The notes beneath the pieces are model-generated. The model saw nothing but the letters and a program-made list of their open reading frames with translations. It ran no database searches and was not told where the DNA came from. 28,360 bases of DNA from Octopus sinensis (lineage: Eukaryota): positions 1 through 28,360 of the forward strand of contig NW_021833553.1 in the NCBI RefSeq assembly GCF_006345805.1. The letters are read 5' to 3'. The position numbers and the translations under genes are program-made. Of this stretch, positions 12,868 to 23,121 are shown piece after piece. Numbering within the stretch: position 1 is the stretch's first letter; every line of letters starts with the position of its first letter.

Positions 12868-13089
12868 ATATATCCTTCAAAAGGGCGTGTTAAATATCCA
12901 ATTCACTTATAATCATTAGTTATATAATATCATGTTGTTATATTCATAGTAGTTAATGTAATAAATAAATTACTGGATTGTCAATAATATATCTCTATAT
13001 TTAATTTAACTTTATATATATATATATATATCTTCTTCTTCTTCCCCCCGTCTGTCTTGATAGACAATGGGTCGCGCCAAGGGTGGGGC

Positions 13090-16000
13090 CTACTTTGATG
13101 ATGAGCAGCGTCTGCTGTGACTGAACAGTCCAATTCTAGAGTGGCAGTCCCTGGTACAGTTGCTGCACACGAACATCGATGGGTACGTGTGGGGTGTTGC
13201 TGCAGTTGTCGTCCTCCTGTCCCGCCTGTCCGACCACAGCTGTGCTCTCCTTTCCTCAGCTATGGAAACGCCTTTCCTCACTGTCCGACGCCAGGCAGAG
13301 CGGTCAGCAGCTGTTACCTCCCACGTGTCCACACAGATGTTGGCAGTCCTCAGGTCGCGCTTGCACACATCCCTGTATCGTTGCTGTGGACGTCCCTTAG
13401 GTCGGGATCCCATGATGAGTTCGCTGTACAGGATGTCTTTAGGCATGCGACCGTCCTGCATGCGGCAGACGTGTGGAGCCAGCGCAGTCGTCTCCGCACG
13501 AGGCGGGCATGCATGCATGGCATATTAGTCTGTTCTAGGATGACTCCGTTTGGTACTCGGTCCTTCCAGGAGATGCCAAGGATCCGTCGAAGACACCGCA
13601 TGTGGAAGCCGCTGAGGCGGCATTCTTGCCGGGTGTATGTTGTCCAGCTCTCGCTGCCGTAGAGTAGGGTGCTCAGCACGCAGGCTCGGTACACTGCAAT
13701 CTTGGTGTTTATTGTGAGCATGTTGTTTTCCCACACTCTCCTGGAGAGCTTAGCCATGGCAGCAGCAGCCTTCCCAATCCGTTTGTTCAGCTCCGGCTCG
13801 AGGGACAGGCTGCTGGAGACCGTCGATCCCAGGTAAGTGAACTCGTTCACCACCTGCAAGCTGTGGTCGCCGACACTGATGCTGGGGACCCCTCCGACGT
13901 CCTGGCCCATGATCTCTGTCTTTTTCAGGCTGATGGTAAGGCCGAACTTTTGGCAGACATCCGCCCGGGAGCTGACCAGCCTCTGGAGACCCGGCTGGTT
14001 GTGTGATGTTAGGGCGGCATCGTCAGCAAAGAGGATCTCTCTGATCAGCACCTGACGGACTTTGGTCTTAGCTCTGAGGCGCGCAAGATTGAACAATCCA
14101 CCATCAGCCCTGGTGTGGAGGAACACTCCGTCGTCGGACGTTCTGAAGGCATAGGACAGGACAAGGGAGAAGAAAATTCCGAAGAGCGTCGGCGCCAGAA
14201 CGCAACCCTGTTTCACTCCACTCTGGATGGGGAACGACTCCGAGGGCGATCCGTCAAACTGCACTGTTTCCTGCATACCGTCGTGAAAGGAGGTGATGAG
14301 TTTCAGCAGTCTGGAAGGGCAACCTATCCTACCCAGGAGCGCAAACAGCTCCTCCCTGCTGACTGAGTCGAACGCCTTAGCCAGGTCGATGAAGGCCATG
14401 TATAGGGGCTGTCTCTGTTCTCGACTCTTTTCTTGAAGCTGCCTGAGTGAGAAGATCATGTCGATTGTAGACCTCTCTGCCCTAAAGCCAGACTGAGACT
14501 CGGGTACACACGCTCTGCAAGCATTTGCAACCTCTCTTCAGGACCACCCTGGAAATGCCTTACCGACAGTGCTGAGCAGTGATATGCCCCTGTAATTATT
14601 ATAGTCGCTTCTGTCCCCTTTGTTTTTTACAGTGTGATGATGTTTGCGTCACGCATATCCTTAGGGACAGAGCCCTTCTCCCAGCACTGACAGAGCAGCT
14701 CGTGGAGATGGCCTAGAAGGGCTGGCTTCCCGCACTGGATGACTTCTGCGGGGATGCCGTCTTGCCCTGGTGCCTTGCTCCGAGCGAGTGAGTCAATTGC
14801 TTTGCTCTCAGTTCTTCCTTTGTTGAGGCAGGTCAAGCTCCTCCATGACAGGCAGAGCAGGAATGCCGGCGAGGGCAGACCTGGTGACCACATTCTCAGT
14901 GGAGTAGAGGTTCCGGTAATGCTCGACCCACCTCTCCATCTCCATCTGCTTCGCTTGGTCCTTGATGACCTCGCCATCCCTGGACTTCACGGAGCAACCT
15001 TGCTGACAGTGGGCCCGAATGCTTTCTTCTTCATCCCCTCGTACATCCCTTTCACGTTACCACTGTCAGCACAGCACTGGATGTTCTGGCATAAGTTCTG
15101 CCAGTAGATGTTGGCGCAACGTCTGGGCGTCGCTTCTGGCTGTTCTCAGAGTAGCCAGGTTCTTTTCTGATGGTCGCGCTTATAGTTGACCAGTGCTTCC
15201 CCCTTGGCAGCAATGACAGGCTCCATCTCACGCAGGTGAGCTTCAACCCAGTCTTGATTTCTCCGCGCCCTCTTTCCTAGGGATGACAGTGGCTATTCTG
15301 CAAGTGGTGTCGCGAATAAGCTGCCATCTCTCCTCGATGGACGTGGCTGCGTGATCTTTAAGGGGCCTCCTCCATGCGGTTGGTGAATTCCGAGCGGAGG
15401 TCGGTTGGTTTCCTGGCGGTGTTGATGCGTGGGGCGCTTTTCCCCACGGGACGGCGGATTTTCTTTGGGGCCAATCGGACCCTGCTGCACACCAGAGAGT
15501 GGTCTGTATCACAGTCAGCACCATGGTAGCTGCGTGTGAGAAGCACACACTGCCGAGGTGGGTTCGCCGGGTGATGACCATGTCCAGTTGGTGCCAGTGT
15601 CCGGACCTTGGGTGCCTCCATGAGACCTGGTGTTTGTGGCTTAGTCATGAAGAATGTGTTGGTAACGCAGAGTTTCCGGTAAGAGCAAAGCTCCAACAGT
15701 CTCTGGCCATTCTCATTCATCTTCCCACGCCAAAGCGTCCAAGGCAATCTGGCCATGCCCATGATCGGATCCCACCCTTGCGTTGAAGTCGCCCGAAAGA
15801 AGATGGGCTCCGACCCTGGTATCTGGCTGATGGTGGCGTCGAGCTCCTCATATAACCGGTCTTTTATTTCCTGAGGAGAGTGGAGTGTTGGGGCATAAGC
15901 ACTAATTATGTTTACCTTCCCCGTTGATGTTGCAAGGCCAGAGTGAGGATGCGCTCTGAGCCATTTGAAGGGGGGATCGCCATGGGGAGCACGCTGTTCC

Positions 16001-16260
16001 TCACGGCAAACCCCACGCCATGCTGGCGGGCCTCCTCGACGGGTCTCTCCCCTGCCAGTAGAAGGTGTAGTCCTTCTCCCGTAGCATGCCGTCTGCGGCG
16101 AGCCTGGTCTCTTGCAGCGCCGCTATGTCGATGTTCAGCCTTTTCAATTCGGTGTTGATGACTGCTGTCTTCCTACTGTCGTTCATCTGTCGTAGATCGT
16201 CAATGATGCCAGGGCACATGGTCCTGACACTCCAGGTGGCCAGTCGCAAGATGGTGACGG
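13090..16260 (-). pseudogene. RTE ORF (APE endonuclease + reverse transcriptase), broken by multiple frameshifts
   Basis: ORF fragments 16001..16249, 15358..15762, 14627..14977, 13350..14459 and 13090..13518 are in the expected domain order. Confidence 0.92.
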
Positions 16261-16527
16261 GTATTTGTTTTTTCCTTTGTTTACTGGTGCAGGGTTTTCA
16301 GTCTGCTTTTCAGATTTTGTCCTAGCTCCAAGCACCCATTGAAGCGGGCAGTCTGTGGCGGGTCAGCACCATTATTGGCCGGGGGCTGCCCAGCTTAAGG
16401 CGGGCGGTAGCTGACCAGTGGGATTTCAATGATCCCTCCCACCGTTAGAGACGGCCCGTAGCGCCCGGGATTACGCCAATTCACCCTGGCTTAAAACTCG
16501 TAACTGCCATCTCAGCTTCTTCCATCA

Positions 16528-16711
16528 GGGGGCAAAGGAAAGTGATTGCGTCTCTCATAGCCTCTCCTCTCCAGGTGTAATGATCGCTGCAGAACTTCTA
16601 CCTGCTGGCTGCGCCTTGCGGAAGTTCTTGCTAATGGCCTCTCCTGCACTACTGTGTCCACAGCAGCACCTTCACGCGGTACCCCCCCCTGTTCTCACTG
16701 AGCCTGCTGTG
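16528..16711 (+). ncRNA. Candidate HDV-like self-cleaving ribozyme at the RTE 5' terminus
   Basis: P2 CACAGCAG(16659-66)/CTGCTGTG(16704-11); P3 ACC/GGT around L3 TTCACGC (16671-77); C-run 16682-89 able to pair with GGGGG 16528-32; CTGA (16698-701) before P2'. P1 is imperfect. Confidence 0.5.
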
Positions 16712-17141
16712 TGGCGCGACCGGGTGCTTGCGGTATAACCAGTGGGCAGACTGGGCGTTAGCCTTGGTTGACAGCCAGTCTAGGAGAAGGAAAACTCTGA
16801 CTCCAAACCCTCGCTCCGCTGCCTTGCGGATGCTCTGGGAGAGGGAAAGGCTATGGAGTAAACCCAGACAGAAAATCCGGAGTGGAGCCCCGAAGGCGGT
16901 AGGGTGTCGAATCTCGACCCTTTTCCGGCAACTCCTGCAGCCAACCAGACTCCAAACGTACTGCACTGCATTCCTTTGGTTATGTCTGGGGGCCGAGAGG
17001 GAGATTCTGGTGTCTGGGCAGCCCAGTGTCTTCGTTCCTACCGCCCAGGCTTGCGCCATGGAGAAACTACTCCATCGATAGAACAAGCTGAGATGGCAGT
17101 TACGATATATATATATATTTATATATATATATATATATATA

Positions 17142-17542
17142 AGGAGTGGCTGTGTGGTAAGTAGTTGTTTACCAACCACATGGTTCCGGGTTGAGTCCCA
17201 CTGCGTGGCACCTTGGGCAAGTGTCTTCTACTATAGCCTTGGGCCGACCAAAGCCTTGTTAGTGGATTTGGTAGACGGAAACTGAAAGAAGCCCATCGTA
17301 TATATGTATATATATGTATGCGTGTCTATGTTTGTGTGTCTGTGTTTGTCCCCCTAGCATTGCTTGACAACCGATGCTGGTGTGTTTATGTCCCCGTTAC
17401 TTAGCGGTTCGGCAAAAGAGACCGATAGAATATGTACTGGGCTTACAAAAGAATAAGTCCCGGGGTCGAGTTGCTCGATTAGAGGCGGTGCTCTAGCATG
17501 GCCGCAGTCAAATGACTGAAACAAGTAAAAGAGTAAAAGAGT
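17142..17542 (+). mobile_element. tRNA-derived SINE, nearly full length
   Basis: AGGAGTGGCTGTGTGGTAAG head, core, tail CAAGTAAAAGAGTAAAAGAG. Confidence 0.93.
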
Positions 17543-17564
17543 ATATATATATACATATATACAT

Positions 17565-17954
17565 ACTAGCAATATCGCCCGGCGTTGCTCGGGTTTGTAA
17601 GGGAAATAACTATATAAGCATTTTTAGAGAGTTATAGCAAAAAAATGCATTAAAAAATGGAATAAAAAATTATGGTAATTTTTTTTTAAAAATCGTTGAC
17701 TCATCGTAGGCATTTTTAGAGAGTTACTCCCTTATATAATAGCGAAAAATGCATTAAAAGGGAAAAATGATGGTAAATTTTTTTTTTTAAAATCGTAGAC
17801 TCATCGTAGAACGCGCGCTAATACCCAGAAGGGTTCGATATGAATCACGACTATAAGATACTCGGTTTTGTTAAACTGCACCGCAAAATGTGGAGTAGTT
17901 AGGAATCTAAATCGTAGGAGACAGACACACAACTTCACTTTTATATATAAAGAT
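17565..17954 (+). mobile_element. Non-autonomous Helitron/Helentron-type element (HINE/Lep1-like)
   Basis: 5' ACTAGC..CCCGGCGTTGCTCGGG; two ~100-bp internal core repeats (GCATTTTTAGAGAGTTA..ATCGT(T/A)GACTCATCGTAG); 3' CACAACTTCACTTTTATATATAAAGAT; flanked by T and T. The class is inferred from end motifs. Confidence 0.55.
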
Positions 17955-18266
17955 TTGTGCAACAACTAAAACATTCGGTTGTGCAAATTGTTTGCACAGG
18001 AAACCCTGCCCTGTGTGGCGGTTTTTGCCGTTTTTGTGGATCTGTTTCAGCTTTTTTAGCCATTTCTGTTTTGGCGACTTCAAGCCATGAAATCGTTGTT
18101 CTAAAAGAACGCTGGTCTCCTTGACAAAGCTTTACGACATTGATTTCCCTACCCTGCCTTCCACACAGCTTCACGAGGGAGGGAAGAAGGGGAGGAGCTA
18201 CACAGGTGCAGGTGCGAGCATGAACGCCAACGCCACCACCGACACACGAAAAAATTGGAAGAACCC
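17955..18266 (+). repeat. ~310-bp direct repeat, unit A
   Basis: TTGTGCAACAACTAAAACATTCGG...GAAAAAATTGGAAGAACCC recurs at 18713-19020. Confidence 0.92.
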
Positions 18267-18281
18267 AGACGACAGCTTCAG

Positions 18282-18457
18282 CCACCACCACCACCACCAC
18301 CACGACCAACACCATCACCACTACCACCATGACCACCACCACCACTACGCCCATGACCATCACCATCGCCACCACCATCAAGAAGACCACCACGACCACC
18401 ACGACCACCACCATCATCACCACCACCACGACCACCACCACCATCACCACCCCCACC

Positions 18458-18489
<32 letters not shown>

Positions 18490-18592
18490 CAACACCACCA
18501 CAAACACGACGACCACCACGACCACGACCACCATCACCACTACCTGCACCACCGCCACCCCCGCTGCCACTACCACCGCCTCCACCACCACG
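18282..18592. repeat. Degenerate (ACC/CAC/AAC/GAC)n trinucleotide repeat
   Basis: Directly visible; it gives spurious poly-His/Thr/Val ORFs. Confidence 0.95.
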
Positions 18593-18712
18593 ATACTATG
18601 CCTCTGCTCTCTCCTTTTGGCTACTAAATCCATTACAATATTTCACAAGTACCATTGCCAAACAATATTGCCTTCAAAGGTTTGTGTTTGGATAATATTT
18701 TTTAAGTAAAAG

Positions 18713-19020
18713 TTGTGCAACAACTAAAACATTCGGTTGTGCAAATTCTTTGCACGGGAAACCTTCCCTGTTTCCCGATTTTGTAGAATTTGCTTTCGGG
18801 CTTTCTTAGCCATTTCTGTTTTGGTGTCTTCAAGCCATGAAGTCGTTGTTCTAAAAGAACGCTGGTCTCCTTGACAACGCATTACGACGTTGATTTCCTT
18901 ACACTCCCTTCTCCACAGCTTCACGAGGGAGGGAAGAAGGGGGAGAAGCAACCCAGGTGCAGGTGTGAGCGTGGACGCCAACTCCGCCGCCATCGACACA
19001 CGAAAAAATTGGAAGAACCC
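18713..19020 (+). repeat. ~310-bp direct repeat, unit A'
   Basis: Diverged copy of 17955-18266. Confidence 0.92.
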
Positions 19021-19022
19021 CC

Positions 19023-19239
19023 AAAAATATGCTTTAAAATGGAAAAAAATTATGGTAAATTATTTTTAAAATCGTAGACTCATCTTAGACGCGCGCTAAT
19101 ACCCAGAAGGGCTCGATATAATCATCACGACTATAAGATACCCGTTTGGTTAAACTGCAACCGCAAAATGTGGGAGTAGTTAGGAATCTAAATCGTAGGA
19201 GACAGACACTCACACAACTTCACTTTTATATATATAGAT
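19023..19239 (+). mobile_element. 3' part of the same HINE-like element as 17565-17954
   Basis: ATCGTAGACTCATC..CGCGCGCTAATACCCAGAAGGG..CACAACTTCACTTTTATATATATAGAT, nearly identical to 17790-17954. Confidence 0.7.
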
Positions 19240-19256
19240 ATACACATATATATATA

Positions 19257-19338
<82 letters not shown>

Positions 19339-19593
19339 TATATATATATATTGTATACACATATATATATACACATATATATACATATATATATACATAT
19401 GTATATACATATATATACAAATATATATACATACATATACATATATATACATATACATATATATACAGATACATATATATATACATATATATATACATAT
19501 ATAATATATATTACATATATTATTTACATAATATACATATATATATATACATACATATATATATATACATACACATATATTATATACAATACA

Positions 19594-19633
<40 letters not shown>

Positions 19634-19748
19634 CATACATATATATATACATATATATATATACATATACATATATACATATATATATATACATATATAT
19701 ATACATATATATATATATACATATACATATACATATATATATATATAT
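19240..19748. repeat. (TA)n/(TACA)n microsatellite
   Basis: Directly visible. Confidence 0.97.
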
Positions 19749-19989
19749 TCCTCTCTCTGTCCCCCCTTACTTCTTTCTCTCTACCACACCTCTATCCCGC
19801 TCTCTCTCCCCCTGCTGATCTGCCATTCTTTCTCTCTCGTCTCAGGTCAATCCCCTTGTCTTTCTCTATACCCCCCTCGCTGATCTGCCACCAGCTTTTT
19901 TCTTCTCTTCTCTCCTCTCCCTCTCAGGTCAACCACCTTATCTTTCCTCCCCTCTCTGTTCCTCTATTTCACTCTCACTGTATCTCAGG

Positions 19990-20920
19990 CGAAGATGTCA
20001 AGGAACTGGTCTGCAAGGGAGTTGCAATTGTTTGTCCGCGCCTGGAAGATTGCCGAAAATGATCCCCAAACAATATCATTGCAGCGGCGCTTAAGAGCAA
20101 TGATTTCTCCAGGACCACCGCCCAGAGAGAGCGAAAGAAACGTGAATTCCTCCGTTCATATGCTCTAATCAGGCAACACATGGACACACTGGACATCATC
20201 CTGGGAGGTGACTGCACCAGGAATGACCAAAAGGATGGAGAAAGCATCCAGGACCCAACAAAAGACACAACTGAGTGACCTGCAACCAAGAGAAACAATG
20301 GCATATGTCCAGCTCCCAACACAACTGAAGACCAAAGAGGTGTGATGGCCGCAAAAAAAGAAAAGTACCCTAAAATCGACGGAAAACAAGAGGTAAAAGA
20401 CAAGAAAACTAAAACAAACACTGTTCAGAAAAAAAAGCAGAAGAACCCCAGCAAGAGCTACAAGGGCAAAAGCAGGAGCATCTGCAAATTCTACCTGAAA
20501 GGAGACTGCTGGCATGGCGACGATGGTGCAAACTGTCGTTTTGCACATCAGAAGACCTGCCAAAACCGCAAGGACACAAGACAAATATCCCTTCCTTGGG
20601 GAGAACAAAATGAAAAAGAAAAATATCAAAGAAGGCAAAATAGTACACTGACTACTCCTGAAAGACGATATGCGGATGTAGTGCGCGGTCCAAAAAAGAC
20701 ACTGCATAGCCCAACAAATGGCCAGCTTCACCCAGATGTGAGAAGGGCAGCAGTTGAACAGCAATCCTTTTTGTGCATGGCACAAAAAATTGTTCAGCAG
20801 TTTGTATGTAGCCAGGTCTGGCTACAAACACAAAGCTGGAACTACAACCACATAAGGCCACCACTAACAGATTCAGGATGGCCACCACAAACACCACAAA
20901 CACAAAAATATTTCTACTGA
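19990..20920 (+). pseudogene. LINE ORF1 with CCCH zinc finger (open 3' portion 20342..20920)
   Basis: IIAAALKS..ERKKREFLRSYALIRQH; CKFYLKGDCWHGDDGANCRFAH; stop codons at 20060-62 and near 20277. Confidence 0.72.
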
Positions 20921-22410
20921 ATGTAGAAGGGCTGCTGTGCGGCAACTGTAAAAGGAAAATCTCATTCCTGAGAAACCTTGTGCATGCAATCAAGCTCTAT
21001 GCATGGCACTCATAGAAACGCATCTTGGACCCGATATAGGGGATGCAGAAATAAACATACCACAATATGTTGTCATACGCTCAGATAGAAAAAGGAGGAG
21101 TCATGGTGGAGTTGCAGTGTACATCCGAGATGACCTCACGCCCCAGGTCCTGTTGTCATATTCAAACTCAGTGTGTGACACTCAAATTGTACACATAAGA
21201 CAACTGAATATCGTCATATGCACTACATATCGCCCACCGGATGCCCCAAATCACACAGGCATGTTTGAAGACTGCCTAACAAAAATAGAAGTCCTCACCA
21301 ACCTTGAACAGCACAACAGTGTATTCTTCATGGGTGACTTTAACCTCCCCAATGTGGAATGGCCTGGGGGGCAGATGCTCCCAGGGATGACACACCATCA
21401 GCGGGCACGGGTGGAGTCCCTGCTCCATCTCACAAATGCCTCTTTCATGGAGCAAATAGTGCTGCAACCAACTAATATCACAAACAATATGGATATTATC
21501 CATAATGTTAAAGTGATGCCGACAATGATTATTCTTTCATAAGGCAAATTGGAAGTTGATTGAGAAAGAGATCCTCAGACAGGATTGGCCTGAACGTCTC
21601 TCCACATCAGACATTGACATGAAACACAAACGTTTCATGTCCATAGTACAAGCTATATGTGACAAATATGTCCCAGTGTGCAGGGCCAGCACACGCAAAA
21701 ACAAAAACAGGATCCCTAGAGAAAGGAAGATTCTTATGAGACGACGGACAAGGATTGCGAACCGCCTGAGAAAGCACACCAAAAGTGGTGAAAAGTCTCG
21801 GCTCGAGAGAATGCTACAGAAAATTGAGAAAAGTCTGCATCAGTCTCATGAAAAGGAGAGAGCAGATAAAGAAGCTTGGGTAATAGAAAATATCAAGTCA
21901 AACCCTAAAGCTTTCTTTAAGTTTGCCAAAGAGACAGCCACAGCGCGCCAGAGAATAGGACCTCTCTTCCAAGGGGATGGCTCCCTCGCAGGAAATTCCA
22001 CGAGGATGAGTGAAATGCTGAGCGAACAGTTCCGGGGTGTGTTCACTGCACCTCTGGGACACAGGCATGTGAACAACCCAGAGGAATTCTTTGCCACTTT
22101 ACCTGTGGCCAAGGAGACAGATATTGAGTGCATCAACATTGAAGATGGTGGTGTCACACTGGCCATGGGGGGGGGGGATTGACGCAGACTCAGCTGCTGG
22201 ACCTGATGGATTTCCGGCGGTCCTTCTCAAATCGTGCAAACGAGCCCTTGCGGGACCGCTGCGGCTTCTTTTTCGGAGCTCTCTTGCGGGTGGTGGGCTC
22301 CCGGTCAGGTTGAAGGAGGGGTGATATGCCCTGTCCATGGGAGAGGAGCCAGAGCGGATGCTAAAAATTGTGGGCCTATCTCTCTGACCTCACACATCGG
22401 CAGGGTCATG
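20908..22410 (+). pseudogene. CR1-like ORF2 (APE endonuclease and RT N-terminus), frameshifted and truncated
   Basis: ORFs 21003..21542, 21556..22182, 22091..22324 and 22234..22416. Confidence 0.88.
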
Positions 22411-22540
22411 TTATGACTCGTTATAAGGACACAGGAAATGTGTCATGGCCGACAGGAAGCGATGGTGCTTCCTAGGGCTAAATAGCAGTGGTGTGATTCC
22501 CTTCATGGGACTGTCACATTAAGTTGACAGTATACAACTA

Positions 22541-22541
22541 C

Positions 22542-22581
<40 letters not shown>

Positions 22582-22592
22582 AGTCTCTGTCA

Positions 22593-22686
<94 letters not shown>
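22541..22686. repeat. Compound microsatellite (CTGT)n-(CT)n-(TA)n-(AG)n
   Basis: Directly visible. Confidence 0.97.
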
Positions 22687-22690
<4 letters not shown>

Positions 22691-22796
22691 TTAACATTTA
22701 AATAATGAGTGAGATAAATTGAATATTAGTTTAATTAATATCAATTTAGAACCAGTAGCCTAGCATATATAAAAAAATCTGAAAAATCAGAATTCG

Positions 22797-22930
22797 CCAA
22801 AAGAAACCAATAGAATAAGTACTGGGCTTACAAAAGAATAAGTCCCGGGGTCGAGTTGCTCGATTAAAGGCGGTGCTCCAGCATGGCCGCAGTCAAATGA
22901 CTGAAACAAGTAAAAGAGATAAAGAGATAA
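22797..22930 (+). mobile_element. SINE 3' tail (5'-truncated copy)
   Basis: AGAATAAGTACTGGGCTTACAAAAGAATAAGTCCCGGGGTCGAG...CAAGTAAAAGAGATAAAAGAG. Confidence 0.88.
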
Positions 22931-23110
22931 GCATTAAAAGACATCTCTTCACAAGAGTTCTAGCGCTGCTTCAAACAGTGGAAAATACGTCTGGGCGGAT
23001 GCTTTGCTTCAAATGGAGAATATTTTGAAGGCGATAAAAGTGTAAACATGTAAAGTAAGTGAATAAAATAACATTGCAAAATTCCGGTTTCTTTTTGGTA
23101 ATCTCTCGTA
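22931..23110 (+). mobile_element. 3' end of a second mariner family (transposase C-terminus plus right TIR)
   Basis: Not in the ORF track. LKDISSQEF*RCFKQWKIRLGGCFASNGEYFEGDK is a typical mariner C-terminus. It ends ATTCCGGTTTCTTTTTGGTAATCTCTCG-TA, a TIR that differs from the 6778 element. Confidence 0.78.
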
Positions 23111-23121
23111 TATAGACGTAA

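Larger units (their letters stand above)
13031..17105 (-). mobile_element. Near full-length RTE-clade (BovB-like) LINE inserted in (TA)n, with an inverted 5' UTR (16527-17105)
   Basis: (GAA)n tail at 13031 after CCATTGTCTATCAAGACAGAC; EN RLATWSVRT, DIAALQETRL, GDFNARVG; RT FIDLAKAFDSV, SGVKQGCVLAPTLF, LFADDAAL; C-terminal CSNCTRDCHSRIGLFSHSRRC; (TA)n on both sides. Confidence 0.95.
19750..22540 (+). mobile_element. CR1-like LINE, copy 2: CT-rich 5' region, CCCH ORF1, EN, tether and start of RT; RT missing beyond ~22410
   Basis: EN ALIETHL, RSDR..SHGGVAVY, TYRPP, MGDFNLPNVEW; NPKAFFKFAK..IGPL..LSEQFRGVFT; SAAGPDGFPAVLLK..PISLTSHI. Outer boundaries are approximate. Confidence 0.88.

Noticed and set aside
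13117-16325. Plus-strand ORFs over the RTE (13117..13662, 14739..15107, 15499..15786 and others), and similar ones over the other LINEs
   Set aside because: Antisense shadows of GC-rich coding sequence.
17941-18709. Poly-His, poly-Thr and poly-Val ORFs that look like a metal-binding protein
   Set aside because: All three frames are open only because of the (ACC)n repeat, and the flanks are a duplicated non-coding repeat.
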